DNA of 64,000 bases from Nitrospirota bacterium (GCA_963701855.1 CAVPBK010000003.1:32001-96000), one strand, 5' to 3'; positions 1-9,857 are shown, numbered from the stretch's first letter. The notes: generated from the letters alone by a model not told the origin. A program made the numbers and translations.

Positions 1-194
1 TCGTGCTTGGTGGAGCAGAGTTGACAGACCTCTCCAGTCATACGATCGCCTACCCCGGTGGAAATGGTGCGTTGATCGCGGTCATGCACGGATTGAATGT
101 GCCGGGGCAGGATGGGTATATCTATGTGGCAAATGGCAACTATGGCGAATCTAACCACCGCATCTTCAGAGTCATCCTCAATCCTAGTCCCTAA
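1..194 (+). CDS. 3' end of a second (inverted) copy of the PQQ-type sugar dehydrogenase lipoprotein gene, partial
   Basis: Translation matches the C-terminus of 4461..7193 except ELTD/ELTA and NVPG/NVLG. Confidence 0.85.
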   Translation, partial: VLGGAELTDLSSHTIAYPGGNGALIAVMHGLNVPGQDGYIYVANGNYGESNHRIFRVILNPSP

Positions 195-278
195 CGTCGT
201 TCCCCGTCTTTTTCGGTTTTTTCTTCAGAGTACCCCTCCGATCGTAAGCTCCCCCGTCAAGCCCGCGGAGTTTGTCCG

Positions 279-2015
279 CTACTGAATCGCCACCGGTATG
301 CGGTCATCATGATGAATACCTTGAACTGGCATCGGAAGTACTGATTGCCCTTCTACTTCCGCGTAATACAATTTCCCTTTGCACCATTGCCTAATTGGTT
401 CCAGGATTGGTATAGAATTTTGGCTGACTACAATTGCATTGATGGCCTTTATTTCCCAGCCACTTGAAGTACGTATTAATGATGCATTGACGAAATTGGT
501 TAATGCATTACGCAATGCATTAAAAGGTAACGTAACTAACTCCCTTTGACTTTGCTTTTCCGAGATATTCTTAACAGCTTCAATAAATTCCGGAATCAGT
601 GATAGCTTATTGCCATCGTTAACAAAACAGTTCATTGTCCCATATCTATTTCTTTGATGACCAAAGTAACAATGGGCCACTAACAAGCCATTCTGCTGGC
701 ATAGTAAATCAATATTCGCAGGCCTCAGTTGAAACGCTAAATGATTGAGCAGGACTGTATCAAAAACCTATATGCTCTGATCGCTCATGAGACTAGATTG
801 TCCGCTTAAATCATAAAGAACCATTGGATTTTCATGATAATACTTTAGGCGGCGATTATGCTCAGCAACAAGTTTCCATGCACCCATTCTCCACGGCTCT
901 TTTATATGATGTAAATGGTTAGGGCTTAACAAGTTCTTATATACAGAACTGCCATAGTAAGCCATCAGCGGGGCGCTCACGCGCTCTGTGTCCCACAAGA
1001 ACGACAAGAAATTTGAGAAGGCGCTGAATACTTTTCTATGCTCCCAAACATCTAAATGCCGTACCGGATTTTCCCAAACATCGGTATAGGACCAGTAGTT
1101 TTCAATTCCGGCTTTACTTAATATGTCCAACAAGCCGTCCCCTTCTTTAAAAACAGCATCTCTTGAAAATAGGTACGCTCCACACCCGTGATCAATCCAT
1201 GTTTTTGGAGAATATATGCTCATCATTTGAATTCTACGCAAACACTCCGAGAGTGAGGGAAGATTTTTCCGTGGACTTAGACCATGGTAGGCTATTTCAG
1301 AGCCGCTTTCATACATCTTGTCAATGTAGTTTTTATATTCAGGGACATCTAAACCAGGCTCCATTTTACCTGACCCATAATCACTGCTAGGGAATACCCC
1401 CTTTGTAATACGAAGACTGTTTTCAGAAAAAAGCTCGTGTTGTAGGCGAAGTTTTGGAACGGTATCAAAATCTGGGTGGTCAGTTAAACAAATAACGGAA
1501 CGCGCACCGTTCGGATATGGTTCAAGCCAAGCAGCTTCCTGAAGTGATCTGAGCCTGTTTGCCCTAATGTGGATTTGTTTCTTAATAATAGGAGGTTTTC
1601 TAATCTTAGAGTCGCCCCAGAGAATAAGCCCTGAACCCAATCTATCTTGAATTACAAACGTAGCAGTGACCTGGTTTCCTTGTTTGCACAGCCTCAAATG
1701 TGGATATTTAGGCAAATCAATTTGGCACAGCATATCCCCTTCCTGTAACCAAAGAATACAACCTACAGGAAAAGGAGGTGATGCCTTAGAAGATAAAGGA
1801 AGTATTTGCCGATCATGGCTAAGGAAGTATGCTTCTTCAGCACAGAACAAGCAGGTGACCTGAATACGATTCGTGTCTTCATTAGGCGTTGGGATACTAA
1901 GATGAAATTGTGTGGACCAGACACTCTCTTGAACTATTGAAATTAGAACTTCTTTTTTGGTTACTTTGAAGTCCGATGTGCTCTCGGAGTAGGCTTTTAC
2001 CGTAACGATTGCCAT
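279..2015 (-). pseudogene. Inverted copy of the 578-aa AT-rich gene, interrupted by a TGG>TAG nonsense change at 768-770
   Basis: ORFs 768..2015 and 279..686 are in the same frame; ATA-TAG-GTT here versus ATA-TGG-GTT in the intact copy. Confidence 0.85.
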
Positions 2016-2092
2016 GCCAAAATTTCTCCTTGCACATTACACATATTCATAAGTGGAACCTTGCGATGGTCTGTAGCGGTGGCCTCGTAAGT

Positions 2093-2133
2093 CCCCGTCA
2101 AGGAGACATTTTGAAAGTGTCTCCTTGACGGGG
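2093..2133. repeat. Local hairpin CCCCGTCAAGGAGACA-n9-TGTCTCCTTGACGGGG (mirror copy at 2520-2560)
   Basis: Perfect 16-bp stem read from the sequence. Confidence 0.9.
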
Positions 2134-2639
2134 GGAGCTTGCAAAGGGAGGATGTCAGGGTAACAATGTTCCTCAACACACAGTCAAGCAATACCCCGTT
2201 GGGGGGGCCGCCACTCCAGCCTCACCTATTCTGTCACCCCTTCCCTGCTTCCCAGGCCAATAGGGCAAAGAACACATTGCGTGCTCTATTAAAACAAGAT
2301 ATTCTCACCAAATTCTCGATACGTACGTGTATGTATCGAGAATTTGGTGAGAATATCTTGTTTTAAGAGAGCACGCAATGTGTTCTTTGCCCTATTGGCC
2401 TGGGAAGCAGGGAAGGGGTGACAGAATAGGTGAGGCTGGAGTGGCGGCCCCCCAACGGGGCATTGCTTGACTGTGTGTTGAGGAAAAGTGTTACCCTGAC
2501 ATCCTCCCTTTGCAAGCTCCCCCGTCAAGGAGACACTTTCAAAATGTCTCCTTGACGGGGGAACTTACCAGGCCACCCCTACAGACCATCGCAGGGTTCC
2601 ACTTATGAATAAGTGTAATGTGCAAGGAGAAATTTTGGC

Positions 2640-4376
2640 ATGGCAATCGTTACAGTAAAAGCCTACTCCGAGAACACATCAGACTTCAAAATAACCAGAA
2701 ATGAAATCCTGATTTCCATAGTTCAAGAGAATGTTTGGTCCACACAATTTGATCTTCGTATCCCAACGCCTAATGAAGACACGAATCGTATTCAGGTCAC
2801 CTGCTTGTTTTGTGCTGAAGAAGCATACTTCCTTAGCCATGATCGCCAAATACTTCCTTTATCTTCTAAGGCATCACCTCCCTTTCCTGTAGGTTGTATT
2901 CTTTGGTTACAAGAAGGGGATATGCTGTGCCAAATTGATTTGCCTAAATATCCATATTTGAGGCTGTGCAAACAAGGAAACCAGGTCACTGCTACGTTTG
3001 TAATTCAAGATAGATTGGGTTCAGGGCTTATTCTCTGGGGCGACTCTAAGATTAGAAAACCTCCTATTATTAAGAAACAAATCCACATTAGGGCAAACAG
3101 ACTCAGATCACTTCAGGAAGCTGCTTGGCTTGAACCATATCCGAACGGTGCGCGTTCTGTTATTTGTTTAACTGACCACCCAGATTTTGATACCGTTCCA
3201 AAACTTCGCCTACAACACGAGCTTTTTTCTGAAAACAGTTTTCGTATTACAAAGGGGGTATTCCCTAGCAGTGATTATGGGTCAGGTAAAATGGAGCCTG
3301 GTTTAGATGTCCCTGAATATAAAAACTACATTGACAAGATGTATGAAAGCGGCTCTGAAATAGCCTACCATGGTCTAAGTCCACGGAAAAATCTTCCCTC
3401 ACTCTCGGAGTGTTTGCGTAGAATTCAAATGATGAGCATGTATTCTCCAAAAACATGGATTGATCACGGGTGTGGAGCGTACCTATTTTCAAGAGATGCT
3501 GTTTTTAAAGAAGGGGACGGCTTGTTGGACATATTAAGTAAAGCCGGAATTGAAAACTACTGGTCCTATACCGATGTTTGGGAAAATCCGGTACGGCATT
3601 TAGATGTTTGGGAGCATAGAAAAGTATTCAGCGCCTTCTCAAATTTCTTGTCGTTCTTGTGGGACACAGAGCGCGTGAGCGCCCCGCTGATGGCTTACTA
3701 TGGCAGTTCTGTATATAAGAACTTGTTAAGCCCTAACCATTTACATCATATAAAAGAGCCGTGGAGAATGGGTGCATGGAAACTTGTTGCTGAGCATAAT
3801 CGCCGCCTAAAGTATTATCATGAAAATCCAATGGTTCTTTATGATTTAAGCGGACAATCTAGTCTCATGAGCGATCAGAGCATATGGGTTTTTGATACAG
3901 TGCTGCTCAATCATTTAGCGTTTCAACTGAGGCCTGCGAATATTGATTTACTATGCCAGCAGAATGGCTTGTTAGTGGCCCATTGTTACTTTGGTCATCA
4001 AAGAAATAGATATGGGACAATGAACTGTTTTGTTAACGATGGCAATCAGCTATCACTGATTCCGGAATTTATTGAAGCTGTTAAGAATATCTCGGAAAAG
4101 CAAAGTCAAAGGGAGTTAGTTACGTTACCTTTTAATGCATTGCGTAATGCATTAACCAATTTCGTCAATGCATCATTAATACGTACTTCAAGTGGCTGGG
4201 AAATAAAGGCCATCAATGCAATTGTAGTCAGCCAAAATTCTATACCAATCCTGGAACCAATTAGGCAATGGTGCAAAGGGAAATTGTATTACGCGGAAGT
4301 AGAAGGGCAATCAGTACTTCCGATGCCAGTTCAAGGTATTCATCATGATGACCGCATACCGGTGGCGATTCAGTAG
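2640..4376 (+). CDS. Hypothetical protein, AT-rich; central region resembles a polysaccharide deacetylase/GH57-like barrel
   Basis: 578-aa ORF with AAGGAG RBS; motifs PYPNG...LTDHPD, EIAYHG, TWIDHG; visibly lower GC than the rest of the window. Confidence 0.75.
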   Translation: MAIVTVKAYSENTSDFKITRNEILISIVQENVWSTQFDLRIPTPNEDTNRIQVTCLFCAEEAYFLSHDRQILPLSSKASPPFPVGCILWLQEGDMLCQIDLPKYPYLRLCKQGNQVTATFVIQDRLGSGLILWGDSKIRKPPIIKKQIHIRANRLRSLQEAAWLEPYPNGARSVICLTDHPDFDTVPKLRLQHELFSENSFRITKGVFPSSDYGSGKMEPGLDVPEYKNYIDKMYESGSEIAYHGLSPRKNLPSLSECLRRIQMMSMYSPKTWIDHGCGAYLFSRDAVFKEGDGLLDILSKAGIENYWSYTDVWENPVRHLDVWEHRKVFSAFSNFLSFLWDTERVSAPLMAYYGSSVYKNLLSPNHLHHIKEPWRMGAWKLVAEHNRRLKYYHENPMVLYDLSGQSSLMSDQSIWVFDTVLLNHLAFQLRPANIDLLCQQNGLLVAHCYFGHQRNRYGTMNCFVNDGNQLSLIPEFIEAVKNISEKQSQRELVTLPFNALRNALTNFVNASLIRTSSGWEIKAINAIVVSQNSIPILEPIRQWCKGKLYYAEVEGQSVLPMPVQGIHHDDRIPVAIQ

Positions 4377-4460
4377 CGGACAAACTCCGCGGGCTTGACG
4401 GGGGAGCTTACGATCGGAGGGGTACTCTGAAGAAAAAACCGAAAAAGACGGGGAACGACG

Positions 4461-7193
4461 TTAGGGACTAGGATTGAGGATGACTCTGAAGATGCGGTGG
4501 TTAGATTCGCCATAGTTGCCATTTGCCACATAGATATACCCATCCTGCCCCAGCACATTCAATCCGTGCATGACCGCGATCAACGCACCATTTCCACCGG
4601 GGTAGGCGATCGTATGACTGGAGAGGGCTGTCAACTCTGCTCCACCAAGCACGATTCGATGAAGTTGGCCGAAGTTGTAATCGGCGAACAGTAAGTTGTT
4701 GTAATATTGCGCCGGATAGGCGGAATCTTCTCTGATTGTGACGATCCCGGTTGGCGCAATGGTGGGGGTGGTGGAGGTGCCGAAGGTGATGATAGGATCA
4801 ATCCACCGTGGATCATTGCAAATTCCTAGACAAAGAGGGTATCCATAATTCCCGCCGGCAATGATCCTATTAATCTGATCATCAGTGGTATCACCGTTCT
4901 CGGTCTGCCACAAGTCATTCGTATGGGGATGGAACGTGAACCCGAAGCTATTGCGATGGCCATAACTGTAGATCGCGGAGAAAGGATACAGAAGATTATT
5001 CGGAGGATTAATGAAGGGATTGTCGGACGGAATTCCTCCATTCGGATTGATCCGCAACATTTTTCCTCTAAGCGTACTCAAGCTCTGTGAATCCCTTACT
5101 TCGTTGTCCCCTACAAAAATATAAAGCATTCTGTCCTGGCCGAACTGGAGAATGCCTCCGTTGTGAGGGTTGCCGGCAGGAATGTTGCCAAGAATCACTG
5201 TGGGCGGATCGCTTGTGGCCACAGTATATCCATTCGAATCAGTTGTGGCAGTTAACCGAACCACTCGGTTCTTCGGACCGGATGCGGTGGTGTAGTACAC
5301 ATACACATAGTGGTTATCGCTGAAACCGGGATCGACTGCGATGCCGAGCAACCCCTTTTCAACCCCGGTCACAAAATCATCCTTAGTGGAGGTGAAAGTG
5401 TAAAACGGTACAGATTGCAACTTCCACGGAGGCGTGGCGGTCGGCGTGACCACCTGGATATTACCGGTAATTAGTTCAGTCACAAAGATCCGTCCGTCCG
5501 GAGCCGTGGCCATCGCGACCGGGAAATTCAAGCCGCTCGCAACTTCTAGGAGGGAAAAATTTCCGCTCGTCTCAGTCGCGATGGTAAAATTAAGAGTTTT
5601 CTGCGTTGTTGGCAACTCTATATCCGATTGATCCACCAGCACGAATTTGACCTGATGAGAACCGGATGCTAAGGCATTGAGTTGAATTGAACTGCCGGAC
5701 TTCCAATGCACGGCGTGGGTATGACCGTACTGCTGGGTATTGGGGTCCGGATAACGAACCCCGCTCGTATCGCCAATTTCGGTGATCACTGGTCCATCGT
5801 AGAATTTGTAGATGGCGCGGTCATCGTCGACGTAGAAATGCATCCGTGGCTGAGTGGCCGAGTGCGGTACTGGAGAATTCTGAATATTGAACGAGACCGG
5901 CACAGGCCCGGGCGGCAAGGGAGCCCCTTGGGCAGGACTATTGATGGTCAATGTTGGAGGAGCAGGTTGAGCCTGAATGCTGATGTTCAGGATGGGCGGG
6001 TTGGCCTCCGCGTTCTGCAGGTCAATGTGACTAGAAGTGGCAAGAACAAGTCGAATCGAATGGCAACCGCTTGGGAGGTCGGTAATCTCGAACGAACTGT
6101 TGCTCAGCCAGGTGATGTTGGTAACAGGCTGTCCGCTGTTATCAAGTACCTTTTTGGTGTCTCCGTTGAAGAAGTGGTTCGTGGTGGTTCCGCCGTCCAG
6201 ATAGATATGGAGATGAGGGGCCCCCTGACCTCCGATCGTAGAATCCTGGGCTGTAAACGACACGTCGACAGGGTCCAATGGCAATGAAGCTCCCTGTGAT
6301 GGGCTCGTGATGGTCAACGGCGGAAAGGGAAACGAGGAGGCGAGGATCGTGATCGGCACCGAGTCGGGCGTGGCCTCCTTGTTAACAAATTCGTTATCTG
6401 AGGCAGTGGCTAACCTCACAGTGACTTGATGTGTGCCAGGAGACAATCCGTTCAGTCGAAACGAAGTGGGACTTTGCCATTGAACATCGGGGGTGGGTTG
6501 TCTGTTGTCGTCTACCACCTTGTTGGATTGTCCGTTGTTGCATTGTCCGTTGAAGAAATGGCGAGTTGCTCCCCCATCCACCGTGATGTGGAGGTGCTGC
6601 TGCCCCTGTCCTCCGACGACGAAGTGCTGAACAGCGAACTCTACGATAACCGAAAACGATCCGAGATCCGGATCGGTGGGAGTCGTGACCGTGAGGGTGG
6701 CCGGCGGCGGCTCGCTTCCTAAAAGCGAAACTAAAAGATCTTCAACGCCCAAGATCACATTAAGAAGCGGGTTCTGGGGCGTCGCTCTCCCGCTACTCAT
6801 CGTGACGGCTCCCAAATCAAGAGATCCCGCCGTCTGCATAGTGAACACGTTTGTCGGTGGATTCCCACCATAGAGAGGGAACGTCTGGCCTGCGCTAAAG
6901 AAGACAATCTCGACCGGAAGCCCGACCGGAATATTTGAGAGAGCAAATGGGAACGGAGGAGGGCCGGGTAGAGGCGCGGTATCAAATTGAGAAATGAGGG
7001 CCTTCGTGTCGGCCCGTAACACCTTGATGACGGTCCCGGAGACCGTCCCGGTGACGGTTGTGGAACCAGTAGCTGGCGCAAGGGGAGTGGGGGTACTTCC
7101 TCCACTAGACCCGCCGCCGCTGCATGAACTCAGAGCAAGCAGGAGTGTGGCGCAGGTCAAGAGCTTACTGAACAAGTTGGTCAATACCTTCAT
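4461..7193 (-). CDS. Lipoprotein with three Ig-like His-containing repeats and a C-terminal PQQ-dependent glucose/sorbosone dehydrogenase (GSDH) beta-propeller
   Basis: Lipobox LALSSC; GSDH motifs EKGLLGIAVDP, HNGG, GKMLRINPNG, YSYGHRNSFG, GGNYGYP. Confidence 0.9.
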   Translation of the reverse strand: MKVLTNLFSKLLTCATLLLALSSCSGGGSSGGSTPTPLAPATGSTTVTGTVSGTVIKVLRADTKALISQFDTAPLPGPPPFPFALSNIPVGLPVEIVFFSAGQTFPLYGGNPPTNVFTMQTAGSLDLGAVTMSSGRATPQNPLLNVILGVEDLLVSLLGSEPPPATLTVTTPTDPDLGSFSVIVEFAVQHFVVGGQGQQHLHITVDGGATRHFFNGQCNNGQSNKVVDDNRQPTPDVQWQSPTSFRLNGLSPGTHQVTVRLATASDNEFVNKEATPDSVPITILASSFPFPPLTITSPSQGASLPLDPVDVSFTAQDSTIGGQGAPHLHIYLDGGTTTNHFFNGDTKKVLDNSGQPVTNITWLSNSSFEITDLPSGCHSIRLVLATSSHIDLQNAEANPPILNISIQAQPAPPTLTINSPAQGAPLPPGPVPVSFNIQNSPVPHSATQPRMHFYVDDDRAIYKFYDGPVITEIGDTSGVRYPDPNTQQYGHTHAVHWKSGSSIQLNALASGSHQVKFVLVDQSDIELPTTQKTLNFTIATETSGNFSLLEVASGLNFPVAMATAPDGRIFVTELITGNIQVVTPTATPPWKLQSVPFYTFTSTKDDFVTGVEKGLLGIAVDPGFSDNHYVYVYYTTASGPKNRVVRLTATTDSNGYTVATSDPPTVILGNIPAGNPHNGGILQFGQDRMLYIFVGDNEVRDSQSLSTLRGKMLRINPNGGIPSDNPFINPPNNLLYPFSAIYSYGHRNSFGFTFHPHTNDLWQTENGDTTDDQINRIIAGGNYGYPLCLGICNDPRWIDPIITFGTSTTPTIAPTGIVTIREDSAYPAQYYNNLLFADYNFGQLHRIVLGGAELTALSSHTIAYPGGNGALIAVMHGLNVLGQDGYIYVANGNYGESNHRIFRVILNPSP

Positions 7194-7420
7194 AGGCTAT
7201 GAGTGAGGTTCTTTCTGGTTCGCGGCGAGCCGACACTCTGAGGCCTCCGCCCCTTTCCTCATGCGATTTTGACGGCGATGATGCCCTATTGTGCTCTAGC
7301 AAAACAACCCCGCATAAGCGGGACGGATACCTCATACAGGGGGAGTGGTATCTCATAAGTGCATGGGATATCTATCATATTATTTATTCTTGGTGCATCA
7401 GAGGGGGCTGTTGGAGGGAA

Positions 7421-7613
7421 CTAGGAGCCTGTCCGACAGTGACCGTTCTACTGTGGCAAATGATCTGTGACCATCTGCGTCGTTCTCGCCAGAAAAAATC
7501 CTCAACGCATCGTATTCCAGCGAATACACTTCCTGTTTTTCCTGGCCTTGCACCGCTCATATGGCCGCACCTCCTTTTCCTCGTCACGATGGCAATGTAG
7601 GACAGGCTCCTAG
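7421..7613. mobile_element. MITE-like element with terminal inverted repeats and CTAG at both ends
   Basis: CTAGGAGCCTGTCCGACAGTG ... CAATGTAGGACAGGCTCCTAG; no transposase inside. Confidence 0.75.
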
Positions 7614-8176
7614 GGCAGTTTCAAGTGCCGCATGCAACTGATGGTCTCCGCCGATAGCTGTGTCTGCCCTGCGTCGTATTCCGGGCAGCCTCGCGGCCAC
7701 AATGCTGAGGGCTCGTCCCGATACCGCGGCTATCGTTCAGAACGCATCGCCGTGGGCCAGCTCCAGGCTCAGGGTCTTGCGTGCTTCGACGTTCAAGTGC
7801 CTGTCGTATTTTTTGGCATGGCAACACCAGAGCTTACTAAGCCCTGCAGTATTGCGCGTGGAGTTAGAGCTTAAGCCTCCTAAGCCTCGTACACTCCCTC
7901 TAAAGAGGGGCTGGTCGATGGAACCGATGAAGGGTACTCTAGTGACATGTGATCCTGGAAAGGCCCGGGATGTGCTCTCCGAACCGAACCTTCTCGTATT
8001 ATTATTAAGGAGCGTCAACCATATTCTCGAATCCTTAGTCAACACTTTTGCTGCTCCTCCGGTGGCGCCAGGGAGGAATGTGCGAAAACCTTTCGTGAAT
8101 GTGTCTGGTTGTATGAGAATTCCTGGTTCGTCCGATCGTACATAGCTCTCATTAAGAGTATTGGACTGGCATACGC

Positions 8177-8572
8177 ATGAGTGACAGAGTTGCACAAGCA
8201 GTCGAACGTTGGACCGAGGAGGACAGACCCATGTCGGACCCACTGCAGGTAGCTCCACCCCCGATTGCCTCCGAGCCTGTCGTCGACATCACGATGCTGG
8301 ATCGGACCATCCTATGGCCCAGCCCTGATGTGCAGGGCACAAGCATGGAGGGCGAGACGGTGCTGTTGGATCTCAGTACCGGGCGGTACTACACCCTGAA
8401 CCGGTTGGGGAGCGTCATATGGGACCACTGTACCGGCCACAACACCGTCAGTGACATTCATGCGGTCCTGTGCGACCGCTTTGAGGTCTCTCCTGATCGG
8501 GCCCTGGACGATCTCATTGCCCTGATCAACCAATTGGTCAAGGAGGGGCTACTTCAACAGGAAAGGAGGTGA
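8177..8572 (+). CDS. PqqD-family RiPP recognition element (lasso B1-like); start may be 8231
   Basis: ETVLLDLSTGRYYTLNRLGSVIW...LCDRFEV...DLIALINQLVKEGLL is the typical PqqD/RRE pattern. Confidence 0.92.
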   Translation: MSDRVAQAVERWTEEDRPMSDPLQVAPPPIASEPVVDITMLDRTILWPSPDVQGTSMEGETVLLDLSTGRYYTLNRLGSVIWDHCTGHNTVSDIHAVLCDRFEVSPDRALDDLIALINQLVKEGLLQQERR

Positions 8573-8578
8573 GAAAGA

Positions 8579-8722
8579 GTGAATGAAAAGAAAGAGGTGT
8601 ATGTCCAGCCAGTGCTCGTAACGCATGAGTTGCTGCGGGACATCACTGCGAAGGCTTCTGGCGGTCATCATGGGAACTTCTCGTTTGGCCGTTTGTTTGG
8701 TTTTTTCCATGGCCATCGCTAG
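8579..8722 (+). CDS. RiPP precursor peptide with lasso-type leader, 47 aa: MNEKKEVYVQPVLVTHELLRDITA-KASGGHHGNFSFGRLFGFFHGHR
   Basis: GTG start 8 nt after AGGAGGT; YxxPxL leader motif and LRDIT motif; directly follows the RRE gene; too short for the supplied ORF track. Confidence 0.88.
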   Translation: MNEKKEVYVQPVLVTHELLRDITAKASGGHHGNFSFGRLFGFFHGHR

Positions 8723-8735
8723 ATAAGTCAGCATG

Positions 8736-8771
8736 GGCTGGTCGATTCATAAGAATCGGCCAGCCGTTTTT
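8736..8771 (+). terminator. Hairpin plus T-tract after the precursor gene (leaky terminator or stabilising stem)
   Basis: GGCTGGTCGATTC-ATAA-GAATCGGCCAGCC followed by GTTTTT. Confidence 0.75.
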
Positions 8772-8819
8772 CTCACGAGACGTGACGGCGTAGGTGACAA
8801 TCATCAGTGGGGGAACAGT

Positions 8820-9857
8820 ATGACGATGACCGTGGTCGAAAAGCCTATGGCCGAGTCTCTATTTTCCCTCTACGGCACGGCGGTGAGATATGCCACGGCG
8901 TCGCCCTTGTTGGCCGCACCGGTGAATGAGTTTCTGAGGCATTTTCGGCGGGACTCCCTTGAGGAGTCAGCCTCTTTCACCTTGTGCTTCCAGGCTGTGC
9001 AGGAACGAGCGGACATTCCGCTGACGATATCTTCATCGGCGCGTCAATTATCTTCCGGAACGGGTGCAGCGGTCGGGGATCGGCGGGAGACCGGGTTGCC
9101 CTACGAGGTGATTCAAGATGGTGGGCGGTTGATTGCGGACTTTTTCGATGCCGGAGTCCTGGTGATGGATGGCGAGCAGGGCAAGGCTGACGGCTATCTG
9201 ATCAAGCCGGAGACCATGCACGCGAGCTTGATCGAATATTTCTTTCACCTCGCCTTGATCGAACTCTTACGACGCCGTGGGCTCTATACGATTCATGCGA
9301 CTGCGCTGGAGAAACATGGCCGTGGAGTCTTGATTCCAGGGAATAGCGGCCGCGGCAAGACGACGTCCTTTATCTCGCTACTCCGCTCGGGCTATCGATA
9401 TCTCTCGGATGATCTTCCGTTGATTCGAGATGCCGGGAGGCATGTGGAGGTGCTCCCCTTTCCCACCAAGATTAACGTCACCGAAGCGACGATCGCCTTT
9501 TTCCCGGAACTCCTGGATGCGCCTGATCACGTGCTTCATCCCGGTTCGCCCAAGCGGTCTTTTCATGCCGAGGATCTGTATCCGACCTCGGTGGGCGACC
9601 GCTGTCAGCCGGCCATCATGCTGTTCCCCCATGTCGTCGATGCCCCTCACAGTCACCTTGAGCTCCTCCCCAAGAGCCGGGCCCTGGAAGTCCTCCTCCC
9701 ACAGGCATTGCTGGTCTATGATCCAGAGGTGGCTAGACGAGAATTTCAAGTCTTAGCGAGCCTGGTGCAGCAGGTGGACTGTTACCGCTTGCATTTTGGC
9801 CACGATATCCTCGACTTGCCGAAGTTGATCACGCCGCTGCTAGAGCAACGAAGATGA
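8820..9857 (+). CDS. HPr-kinase-like peptide kinase (lasso-cluster type)
   Basis: HATAL...GVLIPGNSGRGKTT...GYRYLSDD (His, Walker A, SDD); ATG at 8820 preferred because 8733 overlaps the hairpin. Confidence 0.85.
   Translation: MTMTVVEKPMAESLFSLYGTAVRYATASPLLAAPVNEFLRHFRRDSLEESASFTLCFQAVQERADIPLTISSSARQLSSGTGAAVGDRRETGLPYEVIQDGGRLIADFFDAGVLVMDGEQGKADGYLIKPETMHASLIEYFFHLALIELLRRRGLYTIHATALEKHGRGVLIPGNSGRGKTTSFISLLRSGYRYLSDDLPLIRDAGRHVEVLPFPTKINVTEATIAFFPELLDAPDHVLHPGSPKRSFHAEDLYPTSVGDRCQPAIMLFPHVVDAPHSHLELLPKSRALEVLLPQALLVYDPEVARREFQVLASLVQQVDCYRLHFGHDILDLPKLITPLLEQRR

Larger units (their letters stand above)
1..4654. repeat. Giant inverted repeat (palindrome); arms 1-2327 and 2328-4654, probably extending beyond the window start
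   Basis: Base 1 onward (TCGTGCTTGGTGGAGCAGAG) is the reverse complement of sequence ending at 4654. The centre reads CTCGATACGTACG|TGTATGTATCGAG. Mirror ORFs occur on both strands. Confidence 0.97.

Noticed and set aside
2139..2528. Mirror ORFs (75 and 79 aa) across the palindrome centre
   Set aside because: By-products of the symmetry; no convincing RBS or recognisable motif
7660..8258. ORFs upstream of the RRE as extra precursors or cyclase
   Set aside because: No YxxP leader or AsnB motifs; overlapping antisense ORFs of similar length suggest non-coding DNA
8177..8572. PqqD as part of PQQ biosynthesis for the nearby GSDH proteins
   Set aside because: No pqqABCE nearby; the adjacent peptide lacks the PqqA ExxxY motif and has a lasso-type leader
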